Notes under the pieces: generated by a model
What the model was told of the DNA's origin: nothing
Database searches by the model: none
What the model saw: the letters and a program-made list of their open reading frames with translations, nothing else
Position numbers and translations under genes: made by a program
In this document: piece after piece, positions 1 to 14,133 of the stretch
How the letters are laid out: every line of letters begins with the position of its first letter
Numbering within the stretch: the stretch's first letter is position 1
Source: Hemiscyllium ocellatum
Lineage: Eukaryota
Assembly (NCBI RefSeq): GCF_020745735.1
Contig: NC_083405.1
Coordinates: forward strand, 13,160,913-13,224,912
Reading direction: 5' to 3'
DNA length: 64,000 bases

Positions 1-680
1 CCAAACCTTCCCATTCACAGAACCATCGAGCTGCATTTTAAATGTTGCAATTGTACTCGCCTCCACCAGTTCCTCTGACCGTTCATTCCATTCATGTACC
101 ACCCTCTGAGTGAACAAGTTGCCCCTTAGGTCTCTTTCATATCTTTCCCCTCTCACACTAAACCTATGCCTTCTAGTTCAGGACTCCACCACCCCAAGGA
201 AAAGACTTTGTCTATTTATCCTATCCATGTCCCTCATGATTTTATAAAACTCTGTAAAGTCACCCCTCAGCCTCTGATGCTCCAGGGAAATCTGCCCCGG
301 TCTATTCAGCCTCTCCCTGTAGCTCAAATCCTCCACTGCTGGCAACCTCCTTTTCTGAACCCGTTCAAGTTTCACAACATCCTTCCGATAGGAGGGAGAC
401 CAGAATTGCACGCAAAATTCCAAAAGTGGCCTAACCCATGTCCAGTCCATCCGCAACATGACCTCTCAATACCTATACTCAAAACTCTGACTAATAAAGG
501 AAAGCATACCAAACGCTGCCTTCATTATCTTATCCACCTGCCACTCTACTTTCAAGGAGCTACGAACCTGCTCTTTTTGCAGCAACTCTCCCTCGGACCT
601 GACCATTAAGCGTATAAGTCCTGGTCAAATTTGATTTCCCAAAATACAACACCTCGTGTTTATCTAAATATAACTCCATC
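1..680 (-). mobile_element. CR1/HER1-type LINE 3' fragment (ORF2 C-terminus), unit 1 copy
   Basis: Minus ORF 178-459 reads VRPLLEFCVQFWSPSYRKDVVKLERVQK...RLRGD, the characteristic CR1 ORF2 C-terminus; degenerate. Confidence 0.85.
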
Positions 681-799
681 AAGTGGAATAGAATTGAAGG
701 TTTTGGGGTGTTTTTGAAACTTGCGAGTCATATGCATGGAAGTGAGTGACACATTGGAATCTAATCGAGAGGTTTCCGGGTGATTCATATAATCCCGAC

Positions 800-925
800 A
801 CTGGGGAAACAAGCCCTTCAGCCCAATAAGACCACACTGACTCTCAGAAGAATAACCCATCCAGACCCATTTCCCCATCAGAATAATGCACCTCACCTAG
901 ACATCCCAGAGCACTGTGAACAATC
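800..925 (-). mobile_element. Truncated HE1-like SINE 3' fragment (also at ~5170-5295, ~10672-10800, ~20233-20355)
   Basis: GGAAACAAGCCCTTCAGCCCAATAAGACCACAC...ACCCATCCAGACCCATTTCCCC resembles the minus-strand 3' half of the full SINEs at 33868 and 57924. Confidence 0.65.
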
Positions 926-1912
926 TTAACAGGGAAAGGATTGCACGGCTAATATATAGAACAACAGATACCCAGCTGTGTGATACAGACTGGAACCTAA
1001 TCAAAGGATTGGGGTTGCTAATGTACAGAGTCCCTTAAAAATACAAGTCAGTTACAGATTGGAGTTTTACCAAGGGGATTCGGGATGATTATATGGAGAA
1101 TAACAGATACCCAGGAGTGAGCTGCAGACTGCAGTCAAATTGAGGGGATTGGGTGATTTACAGACAGACCAACGGGATACGAGAGGTGGGAAAGCAGAGG
1201 AGAAAGTGTCCACCATGGACCAACTCAACAATGAGCTGAGCCAGACAGGATTCAACTGCTGTATATGGAGGTTTCCGTGCGTTCTGAAAGATGGGAGAGA
1301 AACAGGCAAATACTCACACTTTCTATGATGTTGCAGTCAAATGTCTGAAGGACAGGGAATCTCGAAGCAGAGACGCAGGGTTATACTCAGTTAAACCTCT
1401 CTCCATCACTCACATAGAAACTGAATATAATGTGGGGAAATATCCATGTGCAGCACAGATTTCCAAACTAAATCAGTGACAGACGAAAATCCCCGTTCTC
1501 TGCCCAGTCCCCACTTCCGGACCCAGGGAGGTTTTGTCCCTGACCCAGGGCAGGTTTCTGACTGGATATTATTACATTGCAACATGAAGTTACTGAGTGT
1601 AACTGTTTGCTACATCCCATCATACTTTGATGTCAGTGTTTTGTGAATTATAATGAAAACATTGGCAGGCGCAAAAGAATATTCTGGAACATGATTTGCA
1701 GTAAGAATAGAAAAAGCTGAATGTTTCTGTGTAAAATGATGAGAAATTCTGAAACAGTATTGTTGATAGGCTACGGCTGATCATGTACAAAAACATCAGA
1801 AAGTTAACATGATGGTCATGCCAGCAGATAGGAGAACCAGTGATACATTGATCATTATTGAGATTAGATTGTGCTGGGAACATGAGCTTAACATGACAGC
1901 AAGTGGAATCAA

Positions 1913-2810
1913 ATCAATGGGTTCAGGGTGGTTTATATACAGAAAAACAGTTAGCCCAGAGTGAGTTAAGATCTGGAATCCAATTGAGGGGTTCTGAGTG
2001 GTTTATATCCAGAATAATACAAACCCCGGAGTGAGATTCAGCCTGGAATCTAATCAAGGGGTTCAGGTTGGTTTATGTACAGAATAACAGATGAGCCAGA
2101 GTGAGTTACAGACTGAAATCTAATCGCGAGGTTCAGGGTGTTTTATATGCAGAATAACAGATACCCTGGAGTGAGATGCGAACTGGAATCTAATCGAGGG
2201 TTTCAGTGTGGTTCATATACAGAATAACAGATAGCCCAGAGTGAGTTACAGCCTTGAATCTAATCACGGCGTTCGGCGTTGTTTATATGCTGAATAACAG
2301 ATACCCCAGAGTGAGTTACAGCCTGGAATCTAATCACGGGGTTCGGCATTGTTTATATAATGAATAATAGATAGACCGGAATGGGTTACAGTCTGGAATC
2401 TAATCACGGGGTTCGGCGTTGTTTATATGCTGAATAACAGGTAGACCAGAATGGGTTACAGTCTGGAATCTGTTCGCAGGGTTCAGGGTCTTTTTTACAC
2501 AATAACAGATAGCCCAGAGTGAGTTAAGGTCTGGAATCCAACTGAGGGGTCAAGGGTGGTTAATACACAGAATAACAGATGCCCCGGAGTGAATTACAGC
2601 CTGGGTTCAGGGTGGTTTTTACAGAAAAACAGATAGTCTGGAGTGAGTTAATGTCTGGAATCTTATCAAGGGGTTCAGGGTGTTTTATATACAGAATACC
2701 AGAAACCCCGGAGTGAGGTACAGCCTGGAATCTAATCGAGGGGTTCAGGGTGGTTTATATACACATTAGTAGATACCCCGGAGTGAGTTACAGCCACGAA
2801 TCTAGTCAAT
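1913..2810. repeat. 70-bp minisatellite block A, unit 1 (~13 monomers)
   Basis: Consensus GATACCCCAGAGTGAGTTACAGCCTGGAATCTAATCACGGGGTTCGGCGTTGTTTATATACAGAATAACA; the 70-bp period is directly visible (e.g. 7441/7511, 7501/7571). Confidence 0.92.
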
Positions 2811-3631
2811 GGTTCACAAGTTGAACCCACAGAAGGTCAGTGTGGGATTTGAGAAATCCTTCAATTTGGGATGAGGCCTAGCCAGGCAGGATTCTGACCC
2901 AATGCTGCAAATCTACAATTCAGTGGCTGAGATCTTTCAGGTTTTGTATATTACGTTTCTCTCAAATATTAGGAGCTTGGAAAGTAAGGCAGACATTACT
3001 GGAATGTCACATTGTCTCTCCGCATTCACTGTAAACAGATTCTGGGATTTGCATTTCAATCACCTTCAAAGAGCTGTCTCCATTTCCTATCTCTGCTAGC
3101 ATCAATGAATGGAAATGTCTTTTGACATATTGCTCCCTCTCCCTTGCTGAAAGTATTCCTGACACAAATCAGTCAGGCAGACATCTTAGATTTGTCCAGA
3201 GCCACCATTTTATATCAGCACAGCGATGACATTGAGTTTATAAAGAAGGAAAAGCAAGAGAGACTGGCAACATCAATACAGATTGAAAATATTTAACATT
3301 GAACACGCACACAGAATCACACTCGAACCGATATACACAGTCACACAGAACACTCACACCCAGAGATACAGACACCATCCAGGGGTTGTCTCCATTTCCT
3401 ATCTTGCAAGGGAATTCATGTTTTGATGGTGCATTCATGCAGGACAGTAAACAGCTTTTGAGACTTGCCCCATTGTGACAGAAACTCAGCCCCAATCTGA
3501 AACTTGGAGATATGTAACACAACAGAAATGTACCAGCAGCTTTCTGTGTTCCTGCTCCCAATGTAACATTTGACACTTTAGTTTATCTTGTCTTCAGTCT
3601 AACATCCAACAAGGATCCCTTCACAGATCCA

Positions 3632-4255
3632 TTAACAGATACCCAGGAGTGAGTTCCAGAATAACAGATGCCCCGGAGTGAGTTACATCCTGGAATCTAA
3701 TCGAGGAGTTCAGGGTGGTATATATACAGAATAACAGATACCCAGGAATGAGTTCCAGAATAACAGATGCCCCAGAGTGAGTTACAGATTGGAATGTAAT
3801 CAAGCGGTTCATGGTTGTTTATGTACAGAATAACAGATACCCCAGAGAGAATTACAGACTGGAATCTAATAAACGGGTTCTGCGTGGTTTATATACAGAA
3901 TCTCAGATACCTAGGAATGAGTGACAGACTGGAATCTAATCGAGGGGTTTACGGGTTATGCACAACACATCAGATACCTAGGAATGAGTGACAGACTGGA
4001 ATCTAATTGAGGTGTTTATGGTTTATATACAGAATAACAGATACCCAGGAGTGAGGGATGGACTGGAATCTAATCGAGGGGTTTAGGGTTTATATACAGC
4101 ATATCAGATACCCAGGAGTGAGGGACAGAATAGAATATAATCAAGGCATTCGGGGTAGTTTATATACAGCATACCAGATACCCAGGAGTGAGTTTCAGAT
4201 TGGAATCTAACCTAGGGATTTGGGGAGGTTTATGTTCAGAATAACTGAAAACCGG
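3632..4255. repeat. 70-bp minisatellite block B, unit 1 (degenerate monomers)
   Basis: Same ACAGAATAACAGATACCC..GAGTGAG..ACAG.CTGGAATCTAATC motif, more diverged. Confidence 0.85.
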
Positions 4256-4274
4256 GAATGAAGAACAAAATCTC

Positions 4275-5048
4275 AGAGTCGTACAGTCATAGAGATGTAC
4301 AACATGGAAACAGATCCTTTGCTCCAACCCGTCCATGACAACCACATATCCGAAGCAATGTTTTTGGCAGCACTTGGCCCATATCCCTCCAAACCTTCCC
4401 ATTCACAGAACCATCGAGCTGCATTTTAAATGTTGCAATTGTACTCGCCTCCACCAGTTCCTCTGACTGTTCATTCCATTCATGTACCACCCTCTGAGTG
4501 AACAATTTGCCCCTTAGGTCTCTTTCATATCTTTCCCCTCTCACACTAAACCTATGCCTTCTAGTTCAGGACTCCACCACCCCAAGGAAAAGACTTTGTC
4601 TATTTATCCTATCCATGTCCCTCATGATTTTATAAACCTCGGTAAAGTCACCCCTCAGCCTCTGATACTCCAGGGAAATCTGCCTGTAGCTCAAATCCTC
4701 CACTGCTGGCAACCTCCTTTTCTGAACCCGTTCAAGTTTCACAACATCCTTCCGATAGGAGGGAGACCAGAATTGCACGCAAAATTCCAAAAGTGGCCTA
4801 ACCCATGTCCAGTTCATCCGCAACATGACCTCTCAATGCCTATACTCAAAACTCTGACTAATAAAGGAAAGCATACCAAACGCTGCCTTCATTATCTTAT
4901 CCACCTGCCACTCTACTTTCAAGGAGCTACGAACCTGCTCTTTTTGCAGCAACTCTCCCTCGGACCTGACCATTAAGCGTATAAGTCCTGGTCAAATTTG
5001 ATTTACCAAAATACAACACCTCGTGTTTATCTAAATTAAACTCCATCA
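4275..5048 (-). mobile_element. CR1/HER1-type LINE 3' fragment with tail, unit 2 copy
   Basis: Minus ORF 4566-4826 is the CR1 ORF2 C-terminus. The 3' tail reads ...TTTCCATGTTGTACATCTCTATGACTGTACGAC on minus. Confidence 0.85.
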
Positions 5049-6294
5049 GGTGGAATAGAATTGAAGGTTTTGGGGTGTTTTTGAAACATGCGAGTCACAC
5101 ATGCATGGAAGTGAGTGACACATTGGAATCTAATCGAGAGGTTTCCGGGTGATTCATATAATCCCGACACTGGGGAAACAAGCCCTTCAGCCCAATAAGA
5201 CCACACTGACTCTCAGAAGAATAACCCATCCAGACCCATTTCCCCATCAGAATAATGCACCTCACCTAGACATCCCTGAGCACTGTGGACAATCTTAACA
5301 GGGAAAGGATTGCACGGCTAATATATAGAACAACAGATACCCAGCTGTGTGATACAGACTGGAACCTAATCAAAGGATTGGGGTTGCTAATGTACAGAGT
5401 CCCTTAAAAATACAAGTCAGTTACAGATTGGAATTTTACCAAGGGGATTCGGGATGATTATGTGGAGAATAACAGATACCCAGGAGTGAGCTGCAGACTG
5501 CAGTCAAATTGAGGGGATTGGGTGATTTACAGACAGACCAACGGGATACGAGAGGTGGGAAAGCAGAGGAGAAAGTGTCCACCATGGACCATCTCAACAA
5601 TGAGCTGAGCCAGACAGGATTCAACTGCTGTATATGGAGGTTTCCGTGCGTTCTGAAAGATGGGAGAGAAACAGGCAAATACTCACACTTTCTATGATGT
5701 TGCAGTCAAATGTCTGAAGGATAGGGAATCTCGAAGCAGAGATGCAGGGTTATACTCAGTTAAAACTCTCTCCATTACACACACCTCACACACATAGAAA
5801 CTGAATATAATGTGGGGAAATGTCCGTGTGCAGCACAGATTTCCAAACTAACTCAGTGACAGACGAAAATCCCCGTTCTCTGCCCAGTCCCCACTTCCAG
5901 ACCCAGGGAGGTTTTGTCCCTGACCCAGGGCAGGTTTCTGACTGGATATTATTACATTGCAACATGAAGTTACTGAGTGTAACTGTTTGCTACATCCCAT
6001 CATACTTTGATGTCAGTGTTTTGTGAATTATAATGAAAACATTGGCAGGCGCAAAAGAATATTCTGGAACATGATTTGCAGTAAGAATAGAAAAAGCTGA
6101 ATGTTTCTGTGAAAAATGATGAGAAATTCTGAAACAGTATTGTTCATAGGCTACGGCTGATCATGTGCAAAAACATCAGAAAGTTAACATGATGGTCATG
6201 CCAGCAGATAGGAGGACCAGTGATACATTGATCATTATTGAGATTAGATTGTGCTGGGAACATGAGCTTAACATGACAGCAAGTGGAATCAAAT

Positions 6295-8360
6295 CAATAG
6301 GTTCAGGGTGGTTTACATACAGAATAACAGTTAGCCCAGAGTGAGTTAAGATCTGGAATCCAATCAAGGGGTTCTGGGTGGTTTATATATAGAATAACAC
6401 AAACCCCGGAGTGAGATTCAGCCTGGAATCTAATCAAGGGTTTCAGGGTGGTTGATGTACAGAATAACAGATGAGCCAGAGTGAGTTACAGACTGAAATC
6501 TAATCACGGAGTTCAGGGTGTTTTATATGCAGAATAACAGATACCCTGGAGTGAGATGCGAACTGGAATCTAATCGAGGGGTTCAGTGTGGTTTATATAC
6601 AGAATAACAGATACCCCAGAGTGAGTTACAGCCTGGAATCTAATCACGGGTATCGGCGTTGTTTATATACAGAATAACAGATACCCCAGAATGAGTTACA
6701 GCCTGGAATCTAATCACGGGGTTCGACATTATTTACATACGGAATAACAGATAGACCGGAATGGGTTACAGTCTGGAATATGTTCGCAGGGTTCAGGGTT
6801 TTTTTTACACAATAACAGATAGCCCAGAGTGAGTTAAGGTCTGGAATCCAATCGAGGTGTTCAGGGTGGTTAATACACAGAAGAACAGATGCACCGGAGT
6901 GAATTATAGCCTGGGTACAGGTTGTTTTTGACAGAAAAACAGATAGTCTGGGGAGAGTTAATGTCTGGAATCTAATCAAGGGGTTCAGGGTGTTTTATAT
7001 ACAGAATAACAGAAACTACGGACTGAGTTACAGCCTGGATTCTAATCACGGGGTTCAGCGTTGTTTATATACAGAATAAAAGTTACCCCAGAGTGAGTTA
7101 CAGCCTGGAATCTAATCACGGGGTTTGGCGTTGTTTATATACTGAATTACAGATACCCCAGAGTGAATTGTAGCCTGGAATCTAATTGGGGGTTCGGCGT
7201 TGTTTATGTACACAATAACAGATACCCCAGAGTGAGTTTCAGCCTGGAATCTAATCACGGGGTTCGGCGTTATTTATATACTGAATTACAGATACCCCAG
7301 AGTGAATTACAGCCTGGAATCTAATCACGGGGTTCGGCGTTGTTTATATAAAGAATAACAGATACCCCAGAGTGAGTTACAGCCTTGAATCAAATCACGG
7401 GATTTGGTGTTGTTTATGTACAGAATAACAGATACCCCAGAGTGAGTTACAGCCTGGAATCTAATCACGGGGTTCAGCGTTGTTTATATACAGAATAACA
7501 GATACCCCAGAGTGAGTTACAGTCTGGAATCTAATCACGGGGTTCGGTGTTGTTTATGTACAGGATTACAGATACCCCAGAGTGAGTTACAGCCTGGAAT
7601 CTAATCACGGGATTTGGTGTTGGTTATATACAGAATAACAGATACCCCAGAGTGAGTTACAGCCTGGAATCTAATCACGGGGTTCAGCGTTGTTTATATA
7701 CAGAATAACAGATAGCCCAGAGTGAGTTACAGCCTGGAATCTAATCACGGGGTTCGGCGTTGTTCATATACAGAATAACAGATACCCCAGAGTGAGTTAC
7801 AGCCTGGAATCTAATCACCGGGTTCGGCGTTGTTTATATAGAGAATAACAGATACCCCAGAGTGAGTTACATCCTGGAATCTAATCACGGGGTTCGGCAT
7901 TGTTTATATACTGAATAACAGATAGACCAGAATGGGTTACAGTCTGGAATCTAATCACGGGGTTCGGCGTTGTTTATATGCTGAATAACAGGTAGACCGG
8001 AATGGGTTACAGTCTGGAATCTGTTCGCAGGGTTCAGGGTTTCTTTTACACAATAACAGATAGCCCAGTGTGAGTTAGGGTCTGGAATTCAATTGAGGGG
8101 TTCAGGATGGTTAATATACAGAATAACAGATGCCCCGGAGTGAATTACAGCCTGGGTTCAGGGTGGTTTTTACAGAAAAACAGATAGTCTGGAGTGAGTT
8201 AATGTCTGGAATCTAATCAAGGGGTTCAGGGTGTTTTATATACAGAATAACAGAAACCCCGGAGTGAGGTACAGCCTGGAATCTAATCGAGGGGTTGAGG
8301 GTGGTTTATATACACAATAATAGATACCCCGGAGTGAGTTACAGCCACAAACCTAGTCAA
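6295..8360. repeat. 70-bp minisatellite block A, unit 2 (~29 monomers)
   Basis: Direct 70-bp periodicity, with a homogeneous core at ~7050-7900. Confidence 0.95.
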
Positions 8361-9184
8361 TGGTTCACAAGATGAACCCACAGAAGGTCAGTGTGGGATT
8401 TGAGAAATCCTTCAATTTGGGATGAGGCCTAGCCAGGCAGGATTCTGACCCAATGCTGCAAATCTACAATTCAGTGGCTGAGCTCTTTCAGGTTTTGTAT
8501 ATTACGTTTCTCTCATATATGAGGAGCTTGGAAAGTAAGGCAGACATTACTGGAATGTCACATTGTCTCTCCGCATTCACTGTAAACAGATTCTGGGATT
8601 TGTATTTCAATCACCTTCAAAGAGCTGTCTCCATTTCCTATCTCTGCTAGCATCAATGAATGGAAGTGACTTTTGACACATTGCTCCCTCTCCCTTGCTG
8701 AAAGTATTCCTGACACAAAACAGTCAGGCAGACATCTTAGATTTGTACACAGCCACCATTTTATATCAGCACAGCGATGACATTGAGTTTATAAAGAAGG
8801 AAAAGCAAGAGAGACTGGCAACATCAATACAGATTGAAAATATTAACATTGAACACACCCACACACCGAATCACACTCGAACAGACATACACAGTCACAC
8901 AGAACACTCACACCCAGAGATACAGACACCATCCAGGGGTTGTCTCCATTTCCTATCTTGCAAAGGAATTCATGTTTTGATGGGGCATTCATGCAGGACA
9001 GTAAACAGCTTTTGAGACTTGCCCCATTGTGACAGAAACTCAGCCCCAGTCTGAAAGTTGGAGATATGTAACACAACAGAAATGTACCAGCAGCTTTCTG
9101 TGTTCCTGCTCCCAATGTAACATTTGACCCTTTAGTTTATCTTGTCTTCGGTCTAACATCCAACAAGGATCCCTTCACAGATCC

Positions 9185-9735
9185 ATTAACAGATACCCAG
9201 GAGTGAGTCCAGAATAACAGATGCCCCGGAGTGAGTTACATCCTGGAATCTAATCGAGGAGTTCAGGGTGGTATATATACAGAATAACAGATACCCAGGA
9301 ATGAGTTCCAGAATAACAGATGCCCCAGAGTGAGTTACAGATTGGAATGTAATCGAGCGGTTCATGGTGGTTTATGTACAGAATAACAGATACCCCAGAG
9401 AGAGTTACAGACTGGAATCTAATAAACGGGTTCTGCGTGGTTTATATACAGAATCTCAGATACCTAGGAATGAGTGACAGACTGGAATCTAATCGAGGAG
9501 TTTACGGGTTATACACAACATATCAGATACCTAGGAATGAGTGACAGACTGGAATCTAATTGAGGTGTTTATGGTTTATATACAGAATAACAGATACCCA
9601 GGAGTGAAGGACGGACTGGAATCTAATCGAGTGGTTTAGGGTTTATATACAGCATAGCAGGTACCCAGGAGTGAGTTTCAGATTGGAATCTAACCGAGCG
9701 ATTTGGGGAGGTTTATATTCAGAATAACTGAAAAC
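9185..9735. repeat. 70-bp minisatellite block B, unit 2
   Basis: Degenerate monomers paralogous to 3632-4255. Confidence 0.85.
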
Positions 9736-9758
9736 CGGGAATGAGGAACAAAATCTCG

Positions 9759-10550
9759 GAGTCGTACAGTCATAGACATGTACAGCATGGAACAGACCCT
9801 TTGGTCCAACCCGTCCATGCCGACCAGATGTCCTAAGCAATGTTTTTGACAGCACTTGGCCCATATCCCTCCAAACCTTCCCATTCACAGAACCATCGAG
9901 CTGCATTTTAAATGTTGCAATTGTACTCGCCTCCACCAGTTCCTCTGACCGTTCATTCCATTCATGTACCACCCTCTGAGTGAACAAGTTGCCCCTTAGG
10001 TCTCTTTCATATCTTTCCCCTCTCACACTAAACCTATGCCTTCTAGTTCAGGACTCCACCACCCCAAGGAAAAGACTTTGTCTATTTATCCTATCCATGT
10101 CCCTCATGATTTTATAAACCTCTGTAAGGTCACCCCCCAGCCTCTGATGCTCCAGGGAAATCTGCCCCGGTCTATTCAGCCTCTCCCTGTAGCTCAAATC
10201 CTCCACTGCTGGCAACCTCCTTTTCTGAACCCGTTCAAGTTTCACAACATACTTCCGATAGGAGGGAGACCAGAATTGCACGCAAAATTCCAAAAGTGGT
10301 CTAACCCATGTCCAGTTCATCCGCAACATGACCTCTCAATGCCTATACTCAAAACTCTGACCAATAAAGGAAAGCATACCAAACGCTGCCTTCATTATCT
10401 TATCCACCTGCCACTCTACTTTCAAGGAGCTACGAACCTTCTCTTTCTGCAGCAACTCTCCCTCGGACCTGACCATTAAGCGTATAAGTCCTGGTCAAAT
10501 TTGATTTCCCAAAATACAACACCTCGTGTTTATCTAAATTAAACTCCATC
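9759..10550 (-). mobile_element. CR1/HER1-type LINE 3' fragment, unit 3 copy
   Basis: Minus ORF 10048-10329 is the CR1 ORF2 C-terminus. Confidence 0.85.
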
Positions 10551-13500
10551 AAGTGGAATAGAATTGAAGGTTTTGGGGTGTTTTTGAAACATGCGAGTCA
10601 CACATGCATGGAAGTGAGTGACACATTGGAATCTAATCGAGAGGTTTCCGGGTGATTCATATAATCCCGACACTGGGGAAACAAGCCCTTCAGCCCAATA
10701 AGACCACGCTGACTCTCAGAAGAATAACCCATCCAGACCCATTTCCCCATCAGAATAATGCACCTCACCTAGACATCCCTGAGCACTGTGGACAATCTTA
10801 ACAGGGAAAGGATTGCACGGCTAATATATAGAACAACAGATACCCAGCTGTGTGATACAGACTGGAACCTAATCAAAGGATTGGGGTTGCTAATGTACAG
10901 AGTCCCTTAAAAATACAAGTCAGTTACAGATTGGAGTTTTACTAAGGGGATTCGGGATGATTATATGGAGAATAACAGATACCCAGGAGTGAGCTGCAGA
11001 CTGCAGTCAAATTGAGGAGATTGGGTGATTTACAGACAGACCAACGGGATACGAGAGGTGGGAAAGCAGAGGAGAAAGTGTCCACCATGGACCAACTCAA
11101 CAATGAGCTGAGCCAGACAGGATTCAACTGCTGTATATGGAAGTTTCCACACGTTCTGAAAGATGGGAGGGAAACAGGCAAATACTCACACTTTCTATGA
11201 TGTTGCAGTCAAATGTCTGAAGGACAGGGAATCTCTAAGCAGATACGCAGAGTTATACTCAGTTAAAACTCTCTCCATTACACACATCTCACACACATAG
11301 AAACTGAATATAATGTGGGGAAATGTCCGTGTGCAGCACAGATTTCCAAACTAACTCAGTGACAGACGAAAATCCCCGTTCTCTGCCCAGTCCCCACTTC
11401 CAGGCCCAGGGAGGTTTTGTCCCTGACCCAGGGCAGGTTTCTGACTGGATATTATTACATTGCAACATGAAGTTACTGAGTGTAACTGTTTGCTACATCC
11501 CATCATACTTTGCTGTCAGTGTTTTGTGAATTATAATGAAAACATTAGCAGATGCAAAACAATATTCTGGAACATGAATTGCAGTAAGAATAGAAAAAGC
11601 TGAATGTTTCTGTGTAAAATGATGAGAAATTCTGAAACAGTATTGTTCATAGGCTACGGCTGATCATGTACAAAAACATCAGAAAGTTAACATGATGGTC
11701 ATGCCAGCAGATAGGAGAACCAGTGATACATTGATTATTATTGAGATTAGATTGTGTTGGGAACATGAGCTGAACATGACAGCAAGTGGAATCAAATCAA
11801 TGGGTTCAGGGTGGTTTAATGTACAGAAAAACAGTTAGCCCAGAGTGAGTTAAGATCTGGAATCCAATTGATGGGTTCTGGGTGGTTTATATCCAGAATA
11901 ATACAAACCCCGGAGTGAGGTTCAGCCTGGAATCTAATCAGGGGGTTCAGGTTGGTTTATGTACAGAATAACAGATGAGCCAGAGTGAGTTACAGTCTGG
12001 AATCTAATCGCGGGGTTAAGGGTGTTTTATATGCAGAATAACAGATACGCTGGAGTGAGATGCGAACTGGAATCTAATCGAGGGTTTCAGTGTGGTTTAT
12101 ATACAGAATAACAGATACCCCAGAGTGAGTTACAGCCTGGAATCTAATCACGGGGTTCAGCGTTATTTATATACAGAATAACAGATACCCCAGAGTGAGA
12201 TACAGACTGGAATCTACTCATGGGATTTGGTGTTGTTTATATACAGAATAACAGATACCCCAGAGTGAGTTACAGCCTGGAATCTAATCACGGGGTTCGG
12301 CGTTGTTTATATACAGAATAACAGATAGCCCAGAGTGAGTTACAGCCTGGAATCTAATCACGGGGTTCGGCGTTGTTTATATACAGAATAACAGATACCC
12401 CAGAGTGAGTTTCAGCCTTGAATCTAATCACGGTGTTCGGCGTTGTTTATGTACAGAATTACTGATACCCCAGAGTGAGTTACAGCCTGGAATCTAATCA
12501 TGGGATTTGGTGTTGTTTATATACAGACTAACAGATACCCCAGAGTGAGTTACAGCCTGGAATCTAATCACGGGGTTAGGCGTTGTTTATATACAGAATA
12601 ACAGATACCCCAGAGTGAGTTACAGCCTGGAATCTAATCACGGGGTTCGATGTTGTTTACATACAGAATAACAGATACCCCAGAGTGAGTTTCAGCCTGG
12701 AATCTAATCAGGGTGTTTGGCGTTATTTACATACAGAATAACAGATACCCCAGAGTGAGTTTCAGCCTGGAATCTAATCACAGGGTACAGCTTTGTTTAT
12801 ATACAGAATAACAGATACCCCAGAGTGAATTGCAGTCTGGAATCTAATCACGGGGTTCGGCGTTGTTTATGTACAGAATAACAGGTAACCCAGAGTGAGT
12901 TACAGACTTAAACCTAATCACGGGGTTCGGCGTTGTTTATATACCGAATAACAGATACCCCAGAGTGAGTTACAGCCTTGATTCTAATCACGGGATTTGG
13001 TGTTGTTGATATACAGAATTACAGATACCCCAGAGTGACTTACAGACTTAAACCTAATCACGGGGTTCGGCGTTGTTTATATACCGAATAACAGATACCC
13101 CAGAGTGAGTTACAGCCTGGAATCTAATCACGGGGTTCGGCGTTGTTTATGTACAGAATTACAGATACCCCAGAGTGAGTTACAGCCTTAAACCTAATCA
13201 CGGGGTTCGGCGTTGTTTATATACAGAATAACAGATACCCCAGAGTGAGTTACAGCCTGGAATCTAATCACGGGGTTCGGCGTTGTTTATGTACAGAATA
13301 ACAGATACCCCAGAGTGAGTTACAGCCTGGAAACCTAATCACGGGGTTCGGCGTTGTTTATATGCTGAATAACAGATACCCCAGAGTGAGATACAGCCTG
13401 GAATCTAATCACGGGGTTCAGCGTTATTTATATACAGAATAACAGATACCCCAGAGTGAGTTACAGCCTTGAATCTAATCACGGGTTCGGCGTTGTTTAT

Positions 13501-13964
13501 GTACAGAATAACAGATACCCCAGAGTGAGATACAGACTGGAATCTACTCATGGGATTTGGTGTTGTTTATATACAGAATAACAGATACCCCAGAGTGAGT
13601 TACAGCCTGGAATCTAATCACGGGGTTCGGCGTTGTTTATATACAGAATAACAGATAGCCCAGAGTGAGTTACAGCCTGGAATCTAATCACGGGGTTCGG
13701 CGTTGTTTATATACAGAATAACAGATACCCCAGAATGAGTTACAGCCTGGAATCAAATCGCGGGGTTCGGCGTTGTTTATATACAGAATAACAGATACCC
13801 CAGAGTGAGTTACAGCCTTGAATCTAATCACGGTGTTCGGCGTTGTTTATGTACAGTAAGTAATCTTCGAGTAAAAAATGAGGTCTGCAGATGCTGGAGA
13901 TCACAGCTGCAAATGTGTTGCTGGTCAAAGCACAGCAGGCCAGGCAGCATCTCAGGAATAGAGA

Positions 13965-14000
13965 ATTCAACGTTTCGAGCATAAGCCCTTCATCAGGAAT
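13965..14000 (-). ncRNA. Minimal hammerhead ribozyme motif in the Penelope 3' region
   Basis: Minus strand ATTC-CTGATGA-AGGGCTTATGCTC-GAAA-CGTT-GAAT shows the core CUGAUGA/GAAA boxes, stem II, a palindromic ACGU stem III and a short stem I. PLE-associated hammerheads are established. Confidence 0.7.
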
Positions 14001-14133
14001 AAGAGAGAGAGAGCCAAGCAGGCTGAGATAAAAGGTAGGGAGGAGGGACTAGGGGGAGGGGCGATGGAGGTGGGATAGGTGGAAGGAGGTCAAGGTGAGG
14101 GTGATAGGCCGGAGTGGGGTGGGGGCGGAGAGG

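Noticed and set aside
166-609. 147-aa plus-strand ORF repeated in each unit
   Set aside because: It is antisense to the CR1 ORF2 fragment; recurrence reflects recent duplication, not selection.
1620-1883. Hydrophobic, Cys-containing minus ORF (and alternative frame ISIMINVSLVLLSAGMTIMLTF) as a membrane-protein exon
   Set aside because: No recognisable family or convincing splice pair; Phe/Ser richness is explained by an A-rich opposite strand.
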